Both the position numbers and the translations under genes were made by a program. DNA of 64,000 nucleotides from an uncultured Hydrotalea sp. (lineage in GTDB: Bacteria > Bacteroidota > Bacteroidia > Chitinophagales > Chitinophagaceae), in assembly GCA_964616465.1 (NCBI GenBank), contig CAZTTO010000010.1:44712-108711 (forward strand). Direction: 5' to 3'. Of the stretch, positions 28,453 to 36,869 are shown piece by piece. How positions within the stretch are numbered: position 1 is the stretch's first letter; the number at the start of each line of letters is the position of its first letter. The notes beneath the pieces are model-generated. The model was not told the DNA's origin. It did not search any database and saw only the letters and a list, made by a program, of their open reading frames with translations.

Positions 28453-29976
28453 ATGAATTTTTTACAAGAACTCGGCTTACAAGCTCATCAAGCTGGAACG
28501 GCTACTGGACAAGACTGGTTGAATAGCGAAGAAAACTTATCTTCTTTCTCTCCAGTAGATAACAAAATTATTGGAACTGTTTCTGTTACTACTGAGCAAC
28601 AGTATGAAAAGGTTGTACAGCAATCCTTGCATGCATTTGAAGAATGGCGTATGTGGCCCGCTCCTAAAAGAGGTGAAGTAGTAAGACAACTAGGTGAAGA
28701 GCTTCGTAAACATAAAGATGCCTTGGGTAAATTAGTTAGCTATGAAATGGGTAAAAGTTTACAGGAAGGATGGGGTGAAGTACAAGAAATGATTGACATC
28801 TGCGATTTTGCAGTTGGACTATCAAGGCAACTTTACGGACTTACCATGCATAGCGAACGTCCAATGCACCGAATGTATGAGCAATGGCATCCATTAGGCA
28901 TAGTAGGCATTATTTCAGCATTTAATTTTCCTGTTGCAGTATGGAGTTGGAACTCAGCTCTAGCTTGGGTATGTGGCAATGTTTGTATTTGGAAGCCATC
29001 TGAAAAAGCACCTTTATGCGGAATAGCAGTACAAAAAATTACTGAACAAGTTTTTGCTGCAAATGGTGTTCCTGCTGGAGTTTCATGTTTGATACAAGGC
29101 GGCAGAAATTTGGGAGAGAAGTTAAGTCACGATACTCGTATCCCTCTTATTTCAGCTACAGGCTCAACTAGAATGGGCAAAGCTGTTGGTGCTGCAGTTG
29201 GAGCCAGATTAGGTAAAACGATTTTAGAACTAGGTGGAAACAATGCCATAATAATTTCAGAGCATGCCGACTTAGATATGTCGCTTATAGGAGCAGTGTT
29301 TGGTGCAGTAGGAACGGCTGGACAAAGATGTACTTCCACAAGACGATTAATTATTCACAAAAAAGTTTACGAAGCCTTCACCCAAAAACTAGTGAAAGCA
29401 TATAGTCAACTTAAAATCGGTAATCCGCTTGATGCCAACAACCACATTGGGCCACTCATTGATAAAGATGCTGTAGATGCATACTTAAAAGCTATTAAAG
29501 CTTGTAAAGCTGCGGGTGGTAAATTCTTAGTAGAAGGAGGTGTTTGTAAAGGTGAAGGATATGAAAGCGGCTGTTATGTAATGCCTTGTATTGCAGAGGT
29601 AAAAAATGATTGGGCAATTGTTCAGCATGAAACTTTTGCACCCATTTTATATGTAATGAGTTATGATACAATTGAAGAAGCCATACAACTTCAAAACAGT
29701 GTGCCTCAAGGATTATCATCGGCAATTATGACCCTCAATATGCGAGAATCAGAATTATTCTTATCACATAAAGGAAGTGATTGCGGCATAGCTAATGTAA
29801 ATATTGGAACCAGTGGTGCAGAAATAGGTGGTGCATTTGGAGGAGAGAAAGAAACTGGCGGAGGAAGGGAAAGCGGAAGTGATGCATGGAAGGCCTATAT
29901 GAGGCGCCAAACCAACACCATCAACTGGAGCACAAATCTGCCCTTGGCCCAAGGAATTCAATTTGACTTAGGCTAA
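28453..29976 (+). CDS. Aldehyde dehydrogenase, ALDH7-like (aminoadipate-semialdehyde / piperideine-6-carboxylate dehydrogenase-like)
   Basis: ELGGNNA and the catalytic Cys in GTAGQRCTS. N-terminus MNFLQELGL. The ATG at 28453 avoids overlapping panB. Confidence 0.85.
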   Translation: MNFLQELGLQAHQAGTATGQDWLNSEENLSSFSPVDNKIIGTVSVTTEQQYEKVVQQSLHAFEEWRMWPAPKRGEVVRQLGEELRKHKDALGKLVSYEMGKSLQEGWGEVQEMIDICDFAVGLSRQLYGLTMHSERPMHRMYEQWHPLGIVGIISAFNFPVAVWSWNSALAWVCGNVCIWKPSEKAPLCGIAVQKITEQVFAANGVPAGVSCLIQGGRNLGEKLSHDTRIPLISATGSTRMGKAVGAAVGARLGKTILELGGNNAIIISEHADLDMSLIGAVFGAVGTAGQRCTSTRRLIIHKKVYEAFTQKLVKAYSQLKIGNPLDANNHIGPLIDKDAVDAYLKAIKACKAAGGKFLVEGGVCKGEGYESGCYVMPCIAEVKNDWAIVQHETFAPILYVMSYDTIEEAIQLQNSVPQGLSSAIMTLNMRESELFLSHKGSDCGIANVNIGTSGAEIGGAFGGEKETGGGRESGSDAWKAYMRRQTNTINWSTNLPLAQGIQFDLG

Positions 29977-30060
29977 TTGATAAACTTTCATTAAAAATTG
30001 ACGAACAAATCCCTCTCCTTGAGGGATTTGTTGCATATTTACGATATCAACTTTACTTGC

Positions 30061-31689
30061 ATGTACATGAAGAAACTCAGCATTGTTGCCTTAGGCTTAT
30101 TTACTGGAATTACAGTATACGCTCAGCCGTCTCCAAAAGGCTGGCACCTATTAGATCCTACAAAAGATGGAATTTTCGGTATTTCATTAGAAAAAGCACA
30201 CAAGTTTTTATCTCAAAAAAAAGCACAACCCATTATAGTTGCTGTTTTAGACGGTGGTATTGATACAACCCATGAAGCACTCAAACCTGTTCTATGGAAA
30301 AACCCCAAAGAAATTCCTGGAAATGGCATTGATGATGATGGCAATGGGTATATAGATGATGTGTATGGATGGAATTTTTTAGGTGGGAAAGATGGCAAAA
30401 ACGTAGACAAATGCTCTGATGAAAAATCACGCGTATTTCACAACTGGAAAACGAGGTTTAATAATGGCAATATAGACACCAATCTTTTGTCACCTGCCGA
30501 CAGAAAAGATTTTAAAACCTGGAAGAGAGCAGAAGCCGAAATGCAATTTTCTAAGGATGAAGAGTTACAAGTCATGTATTTAGATGTAACTCTAAAAGCG
30601 CTTAAAAAGCACAATGTTGTTTTACAAGAGGCAATGGGAAAAGAAGTTTACAGCCTAAATGAATTAGAAAAATTTAATGGTACAACAAAATCAGTGAAAG
30701 AGTCAAAAGCTGCGTTTCTGAATATCATGCGAATGCTTGAGATGGAAGCAGAAGAAAAAAACACGTCGGTTATTCAACAAATTGAAGATTATGTAGAGGG
30801 TAAAAAAAGAAGCTTTGAAGCTTTAGAAAAAGCACCAGAAAATTATAGATTGACTGTTATTGGTGACGACTACTTCAATATTAATGATCGTTTTTATGGC
30901 AATGCAGATGTTATGGGACCTAATGCAATGCATGGCACCCATGTGAGTGGAATTATAGCAGGTAGAACAACAACCAATCAGCCTGCTTATGCTGGTATCG
31001 CTCCTAACGCAAGCATTATGACGTTAAGAGTTGTTCCAGATGGAGACGAGTATGATAAAGACATAGCACTTGGAATTATTTATGCAGTTGATAATGGTGC
31101 GAAGGTTATAAACATGAGTTTTGGAAAGTCTTATTCACCAGAAAAATATTGGGTGGATAGCGCGGTGGCTTATGCTGAAAAAAAGGATGTGCTCTTAATT
31201 CATGCTGCGGGCAACGAATCCAACGACCTAGATATTAAAGAGAACTATCCGAATGGATACCTTTTAAAACTGGGAAGAAATGCACAAAACTTTTTAAATA
31301 TTGGAGCAAGCGGAGATCCAAAAGTTGCTGGGCCCTACTTAACCGATTTTAGCAATACAGGGTTAAAATCAGTGGATCTATTTGCTCCAGGGAATAAAAT
31401 ATTTTCCACCCTACCAACTGGTAATGAATATGGACTTCAAAGAGGTACCAGCATGGCTGCACCAGTGGTATCTGGTATTGCTGCTTTAATAAGGTCGTAT
31501 TACCCCCAATTAACTGCTGTTGAAGTAAAAGATATTTTAATGAAGTCAGTTGTTTTTCCTACAACAGATGATGGTGCTATACTTAAAGAGAAATCAATTA
31601 CAGGCGGAATAGTAAATGCCTATCAGGCAATCGTTCTTGCTGATCAGATAGCTAGTAAGAAAAAAACAACCGCTCCTAAAAAGAAATAA
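30061..31689 (+). CDS. Secreted S8 (subtilisin-like) serine peptidase
   Basis: Asp-His-Ser triad in VAVLDGGID, HGTHVSG and GTSMAAP. Signal peptide from the ATG at 30061. Confidence 0.9.
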   Translation: MYMKKLSIVALGLFTGITVYAQPSPKGWHLLDPTKDGIFGISLEKAHKFLSQKKAQPIIVAVLDGGIDTTHEALKPVLWKNPKEIPGNGIDDDGNGYIDDVYGWNFLGGKDGKNVDKCSDEKSRVFHNWKTRFNNGNIDTNLLSPADRKDFKTWKRAEAEMQFSKDEELQVMYLDVTLKALKKHNVVLQEAMGKEVYSLNELEKFNGTTKSVKESKAAFLNIMRMLEMEAEEKNTSVIQQIEDYVEGKKRSFEALEKAPENYRLTVIGDDYFNINDRFYGNADVMGPNAMHGTHVSGIIAGRTTTNQPAYAGIAPNASIMTLRVVPDGDEYDKDIALGIIYAVDNGAKVINMSFGKSYSPEKYWVDSAVAYAEKKDVLLIHAAGNESNDLDIKENYPNGYLLKLGRNAQNFLNIGASGDPKVAGPYLTDFSNTGLKSVDLFAPGNKIFSTLPTGNEYGLQRGTSMAAPVVSGIAALIRSYYPQLTAVEVKDILMKSVVFPTTDDGAILKEKSITGGIVNAYQAIVLADQIASKKKTTAPKKK

Positions 31690-31692
31690 TAT

Positions 31693-32211
31693 ATGATTTT
31701 AAATAGGCCAGCAAAAGATGAGTACAATCAGTTTTATGATCATTATGTACAACTCGCACAAGGCAATAGCTTAGATGACTTGATTGAATTAGGAAATGAC
31801 ATTGTACGTTATTACAATTCAATACCAGAGGTGCTAGGAACATATCGATATGCACCTGACAAATGGATTATCAAACAACTCTTACAACATGTTGTAGATA
31901 CAGAACGAATTTTCGCTTATCGATTATTGTGCATATTCAGAGGTGAACAACAGGCAATACCCGGATTTGATGAAAACTTATATGCCGATTCGGGAAATGC
32001 TGAACATAGAACTCTTCAAGAAATTCAAGAAGAATTTGCATTAGTGCGCCAATCAACCAATCAGCTTTTAAAAAGCGGTAAGAAGGAAGATTTTTCAAAA
32101 TATTTGATAGCCAGTGGACATAAAATTTCGGGTAGAGCTTTAAGCTTTATCATTTTTGGACACGCTATGCACCATAAAAATATCTTACAAGAACGTTATG
32201 GTATTAAATAG
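31693..32211 (+). CDS. DinB-family protein
   Basis: 172 aa four-helix layout with His motifs (LQHVVDTE, GHAMHH). Confidence 0.7.
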   Translation: MILNRPAKDEYNQFYDHYVQLAQGNSLDDLIELGNDIVRYYNSIPEVLGTYRYAPDKWIIKQLLQHVVDTERIFAYRLLCIFRGEQQAIPGFDENLYADSGNAEHRTLQEIQEEFALVRQSTNQLLKSGKKEDFSKYLIASGHKISGRALSFIIFGHAMHHKNILQERYGIK

Positions 32212-33019
32212 GATACTTCATCAATAAACAATTTGCTTCGTCGCAAATTAGTTTACTTAAAACAGGATCTTTCAAAACGTCTTCTATAAGTATTTTCTTT
32301 CTATTGACCTTCATCATAGGATAAACTAATCGGATACCATGGCTATAATCGACATACCAATTTACATGACCTGTATATAAAGGCTGTATGGGTTTACCAT
32401 TTAATTGATGCCACCCATAAATAGCAACTCTATTTGGTCTTTTATCTTCAAGAACTTTGTTTGAAGAAACCACATCTTTTTTTATTCCTGCAATTAAACC
32501 CCTTCTCCCCTTTCTTTGTCCCTCTATCATTAAATGATGCTGCCATAGTGTTACTGAGCTATCCCGAAAAGCATACATGGGAATAGGTGCAAGCCGAACA
32601 CTTGCGTTTAGATAAATCAAGTCAACCATTTTTCTATTTGGCAAAATAAGATTCCATCTATCTGCTAGATATTGCGCTGTCATAGGCGTTAGAGGAATTC
32701 TCACCCAATCATGATTATTACCTATCGACAAATAATCGGGCATGACCCACATTTCAGCTCTATACTTTTTACCAGTAGTGCTATCGGTCGACTCCCAGGT
32801 AACCTTTCGAAATTGACTAAGAAAAGCTGGATAATGACCGCTATCGAACCAGGATTTAGCAAGCTCCTCCCTAAACTTCCAATCTTTTCCATTGACCTGC
32901 TCAAAAAAATAGGTACCCGAATTGCTTTTGCCAATTGAAGAAGAAGGCTTTGGCAAAAATTTTTGTTGACAAGCTGCGAACAGGCTGACTGTAAAAAGCG
33001 CGTAACAAAATCCTTTCAT
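32204..33019 (-). CDS. Hypothetical lipoprotein, family not recognised
   Basis: A start at ATG 33019 gives MKGFCYALFTVSLFAAC (lipobox). The yceI terminator lies between 33019 and 33087, which argues against the longer track ORF. Confidence 0.55.
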   Translation of the reverse strand: MKGFCYALFTVSLFAACQQKFLPKPSSSIGKSNSGTYFFEQVNGKDWKFREELAKSWFDSGHYPAFLSQFRKVTWESTDSTTGKKYRAEMWVMPDYLSIGNNHDWVRIPLTPMTAQYLADRWNLILPNRKMVDLIYLNASVRLAPIPMYAFRDSSVTLWQHHLMIEGQRKGRRGLIAGIKKDVVSSNKVLEDKRPNRVAIYGWHQLNGKPIQPLYTGHVNWYVDYSHGIRLVYPMMKVNRKKILIEDVLKDPVLSKLICDEANCLLMKYPI

Positions 33020-33033
33020 CTGTCTAAAGTAAA

Positions 33034-33060
33034 TAAAAAACCCACCCGAAATTGGGTGGG
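33034..33060 (-). terminator. Intrinsic terminator downstream of the YceI-family gene
   Basis: Stems CCCACCC(33041-33047) and GGGTGGG(33054-33060). Followed on the minus strand by TTTTTTATTT. Confidence 0.75.
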
Positions 33061-33086
33061 TCTTATTTGCTAGGGGGGTATTGAAA

Positions 33087-33668
33087 TTACTTATTAGCAA
33101 ATAAGAAAATACTTACTTGAACGTCTTTACTAATGCCACCTTTTGCTACACCATAGTTAATTCCCCAAACAGTTCTATCGATTGAGAAATTAGCCTGTGC
33201 GAACAAACGCTTATCATCTAAACCACGAACCATTGCTTGTAAAGTAACAGGGGCGGTAATTCCTTTCATAGAAAGGTTTCCACTGATTTCACAAACATCT
33301 TCATTGATATATTTCACGCCAGTAACTGTATAACGAGCCTCTGTATTTACAGAAGTCTCGAAGAAATCTTTATTCTTCAAGTGACCTTCTAACTTCTCAC
33401 CACCACCTTCGTCAGTAACTTTCAAAGAGGTCAAATCAATAGTGAACTCTCCACCAGAAATTTTTCCGTTGTTCACCATAACCTGTCCACCTTTTAAATT
33501 AAAGAAACCAGTATGGTAGCCATTTCCCTTTGTACCTACAAACTCCACTCTTGAAGTTGCAGTTTGAACAGCATAACCATTCTGTAAGCGTGCAGCTGGC
33601 GTTGGAGCCACAAATGCACTACCCACCACCCAGGCAGCAAGTGCCAAAAACATTGTTTTTTTCATCAT
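33087..33668 (-). CDS. YceI-family periplasmic protein
   Basis: 193 aa. Signal peptide and YceI-like beta-barrel signature (VEFVGTKGNGYHTGFFN). Confidence 0.8.
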   Translation of the reverse strand: MMKKTMFLALAAWVVGSAFVAPTPAARLQNGYAVQTATSRVEFVGTKGNGYHTGFFNLKGGQVMVNNGKISGGEFTIDLTSLKVTDEGGGEKLEGHLKNKDFFETSVNTEARYTVTGVKYINEDVCEISGNLSMKGITAPVTLQAMVRGLDDKRLFAQANFSIDRTVWGINYGVAKGGISKDVQVSIFLFANK

Positions 33669-33885
33669 ATGTGTTGATTTTTAAAAAATGGATGTATCTA
33701 CATCTATTCTGCAAACATAACGCTTCATTTTAATTTTTGTTCAAAATGGTTGCGAATTTCACATATTATTCATCCACAAAGCCCTCTAAGTCATATCTAA
33801 AAATGGGAAAAATGGATAGTTTTTTAGCATTTCGCTTGAATTGTAAGGGTAGTGTTTCCCTTATCTTCGCAAAAATTTTTCCCAT

Positions 33886-35097
33886 ATGAATTTGCATGAA
33901 TACCAAGCCAAGGAATTACTAAAGAAGTATAATGTACCAGTTCAAGAAGGTATTGCGGTTGATACCGTAATGGCTGCTGAAGAAGCTTATCGCCAAATTA
34001 AAACCCAAACCAATAACAATTTCGCAGTTATAAAGGCCCAAATTCATGCGGGTGGTCGTGGTAAAGGTAAAATTGAAGGAACCGAACAAAGAGGTGTAGC
34101 AGTTGCAAAAAGCGTGGAAGATGTAGCAACTATTGCAAAAAATATCTTAGGTGGAACATTGGTAACCATTCAAACAGGACCAACAGGGAAAAAAGTAAAT
34201 AAAATATTGGTTGCTCAAGATGTATATTATTCAGGTCCAAATCCAGTAAAAGAGTTTTATTTATCTATCCTCCTAGATCGCTCTAAAGGCATGAACGTTA
34301 TCATGTACAGTACTGAAGGCGGTATGGATATTGAAGAAGTAGCGCACAATACCCCAGAGAAAATCTTTAAAGAGTGGGTACACCCAGGTGGTGGTCTTCA
34401 AGCTTATCAAGCCAGAAAGATTGCTTTCAACCTTGGCTTAAGCGGAGAAGCGTTCAAAAACTGTACAAAATTCGTTACAAACTTATACAACGCATACGTA
34501 GGCTTGGATTGTGGGATGTTGGAAATCAACCCACTTTTCAAAACCAGCGATGAAAAAATTATTGCGGTTGATTGCAAAATGAACCTAGATGAAAATGCTT
34601 TAATGCGTCATGCCGATTTAGCTGCGCTTCGTGATATTTCTGAGGAAGATCCAACAGAAGTTGAAGCAGGACAATACAACCTCAACTTTGTAAAATTAGA
34701 CGGTAATGTGGGTTGTATGGTGAATGGTGCAGGATTAGCTATGGCTACCATGGATATGATTAAGTTAAGTGGTGGGGAACCTGCTAACTTCTTAGATGTA
34801 GGTGGTACAGCAAATGCTCAAACAGTTGAAGCAGGTTTCAGAATTATTATGAAGGATCCTAACGTAAAAGCAATTCTCATTAATATTTTTGGTGGTATTG
34901 TAAGATGCGACAGGGTTGCTGCTGGTGTTATTGAAGCTTATAACAAACTTGGCAATATTGATATTCCAATTATTGTGCGTTTACAAGGCACCAACGCTGA
35001 AGAAGCAAAAAAACTTATTGATGAAAGCGGATTAAAAGTTCAATCTGCAATTTTATTAAGCGAAGCTGCTGATTTAGTTCGTAAGGCTGTTGCTTAA
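33886..35097 (+). CDS. sucC: Succinate-CoA ligase (ADP-forming) beta subunit
   Basis: MNLHEYQAKELL N-terminus, 403 aa. No sucD follows it. Confidence 0.95.
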   Translation: MNLHEYQAKELLKKYNVPVQEGIAVDTVMAAEEAYRQIKTQTNNNFAVIKAQIHAGGRGKGKIEGTEQRGVAVAKSVEDVATIAKNILGGTLVTIQTGPTGKKVNKILVAQDVYYSGPNPVKEFYLSILLDRSKGMNVIMYSTEGGMDIEEVAHNTPEKIFKEWVHPGGGLQAYQARKIAFNLGLSGEAFKNCTKFVTNLYNAYVGLDCGMLEINPLFKTSDEKIIAVDCKMNLDENALMRHADLAALRDISEEDPTEVEAGQYNLNFVKLDGNVGCMVNGAGLAMATMDMIKLSGGEPANFLDVGGTANAQTVEAGFRIIMKDPNVKAILINIFGGIVRCDRVAAGVIEAYNKLGNIDIPIIVRLQGTNAEEAKKLIDESGLKVQSAILLSEAADLVRKAVA

Positions 35098-35118
35098 TTC
35101 ATTCTTCCATTATTTTTT

Positions 35119-35145
35119 AACCACCCAATTGGGTGGTTTTTTTAT
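35119..35145 (+). terminator. Intrinsic terminator after sucC
   Basis: CCACCC, loop AATT, GGGTGG, followed by TTTTTTTAT. Confidence 0.8.
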
Positions 35146-35154
35146 GTTGAAAAT

Positions 35155-35778
35155 TTATAATTCTACAGGTATGACTTCAGTAAGTGGACTAAAACTGTAT
35201 GCAGCCCCTGTATGATAGTCGGTGCATAAAAAACGTGTGCGTCTTAATGCTACCTTCTTAAATATTTGTCCTTTCTGTGTTTTGAAAAAACCACCCATTG
35301 CAATCTGTGCAACGGTACGACCTTCTTGTTTTTCATTATTATACTTTCGCAAAACAGAAAGCAGCATTGTTTCACCATTTGCTGTGGCTGCAGGATCAGG
35401 AATTGTTTTGAGGATTGCTTGATGAACATCAACGGGAAATATTCCTAAATCAACAAATTCCATTAATAACAAACCATATTGATTCTTCCACTCTTTTCCA
35501 TGAGATGGCACCCGGGCTCCGAACTTTTCAAAAGTTATTAGGTGGGCAAGTTCATGCAAAAAAGTAACCAAAAACTCATACTGATTTAAATCACCGTTCA
35601 CAGTAATTCGATGATTTCCTCCTGGAATTGGATGTCTATAATCACCTAATACAGTATTACGCTTGAGCGTTATGGTAAAATGTATTTTGAAGAAATTTAA
35701 ATAGTAAACAATTCGGTCAAAAGAACCCTCAGGCAAATACTTTCTAAGTATATCCATCGATTCTTTTACTATTGGCAT
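35155..35778 (-). CDS. SprT-like zinc metallopeptidase-domain protein
   Basis: 207 aa with an HELAH (HExxH) motif. Confidence 0.6.
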   Translation of the reverse strand: MPIVKESMDILRKYLPEGSFDRIVYYLNFFKIHFTITLKRNTVLGDYRHPIPGGNHRITVNGDLNQYEFLVTFLHELAHLITFEKFGARVPSHGKEWKNQYGLLLMEFVDLGIFPVDVHQAILKTIPDPAATANGETMLLSVLRKYNNEKQEGRTVAQIAMGGFFKTQKGQIFKKVALRRTRFLCTDYHTGAAYSFSPLTEVIPVEL

Positions 35779-35782
35779 TATT

Positions 35783-36175
35783 CTAGTCCTTCTTATTTAG
35801 TTGTAAAGAAATTCTAACTTCTAGCCATGCATACACCACATAAAAAACCATTGCCACGAAAATAGATTCAACATTCTTTTCCTTCCCAGCAAATGACAAG
35901 TAAAGAAATATAACACCAACTAGTAAAAATAATTTCATAATTGTACCGCCCAATACAGAACGTGTAAAAACATGTGGGTTTTTATTTTCAACAGCTTTTA
36001 CTTGCATATAAATATTAACAACAGCCAAAATAAATAAGATTAAATTAGCCACTTGTAATACATTAGGATCTAGATGTTTTTCAATTATGTTGGCAGAAAA
36101 TACGCGCAATAAAATTGCTACAACTATAAACGCACCCATTAATGGGGTGATTAAAGAAAATATTGACTTTTTCAT
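35783..36175 (-). CDS. Small 4-TM membrane protein (resembles the DUF6168-type protein that follows AtpZ in Bacteroidota)
   Basis: 130 aa, hydrophobic. ATGA-type overlap with the upstream AtpZ-like gene. Confidence 0.45.
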   Translation of the reverse strand: MKKSIFSLITPLMGAFIVVAILLRVFSANIIEKHLDPNVLQVANLILFILAVVNIYMQVKAVENKNPHVFTRSVLGGTIMKLFLLVGVIFLYLSFAGKEKNVESIFVAMVFYVVYAWLEVRISLQLNKKD

Positions 36176-36396
36176 TTGACAGATGTATCCTTAACAACTT
36201 TAACAATACCTCCTACAATTCCTAAGAGGGGTAATAACCAACTAAAAATAGGCATTTGGTTAATAAAATATTTCCCATCAATCCATTTGCCCAGAAAAAT
36301 TGCTGCTAGCAAAAGAGCCAACCATTGAAACGCAAGTCCCGTATATTGTAACAAAAGTCGATATGACTGTTTTTTAGAAGTCATCTGAATATTCAA
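36172..36396 (-). CDS. AtpZ/AtpI-like small membrane protein
   Basis: 74 aa. YRLLLQYTGLAFQWLALLLAAIFLGKWID and a second TM with a VKD tail, as in AtpZ. Confidence 0.55.
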   Translation of the reverse strand: MNIQMTSKKQSYRLLLQYTGLAFQWLALLLAAIFLGKWIDGKYFINQMPIFSWLLPLLGIVGGIVKVVKDTSVK

Positions 36397-36781
36397 CAGG
36401 CTCTACAGGTAATAAAGTGGTATCTATGATTGTAGTTGCATCCCCATTCAACACTTTCTTGACATTTTCTAAATACATATCCTTTTGTCGAATGGAGTGC
36501 TCTAAAGAGTCGGTGCGAATTTTAAGAACCTGCAAAGCAGATCTACTCTCTTGTGAACCATAACCAGGGATATAATACTTTAATGGAGTAAACATGATGA
36601 GAGCAGTGGTAAAAACAACCATTAATACAAAAATTGTACTCATGGCAACATAAACGCTCAAACGAGATAGCCTGAAAGTAATAACCTCTTCATAAGTATC
36701 GTCATTCATAATTACCAGTCGATACTTATTGCGAAGTCTTTCGAGGGCAGAGGGTAAAGAAGATGGTTTTTCGTTTTCCAT
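36374..36781 (-). CDS. Membrane-anchored protein resembling only the N-terminal module of Bacteroidota M23 peptidases (no M23 catalytic domain)
   Basis: 135 aa. RNKYRLVIMNDDTYEEVITFRLSRL, then a TM, then FTPLKYYIPGY, then LEHSIRQKDMYLENVKKVLNG. The ORF ends before any HxxxD/HxH metallopeptidase motif. Confidence 0.45.
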   Translation of the reverse strand: MENEKPSSLPSALERLRNKYRLVIMNDDTYEEVITFRLSRLSVYVAMSTIFVLMVVFTTALIMFTPLKYYIPGYGSQESRSALQVLKIRTDSLEHSIRQKDMYLENVKKVLNGDATTIIDTTLLPVEPVEYSDDF

Positions 36782-36869
36782 TTTGTTAAATCGCCCTAAA
36801 GATAGTAATGAATTGATTCAGGACTATATAAACGCGTGAAATAAGTGTATTTTAGCATTATTAACCCGC

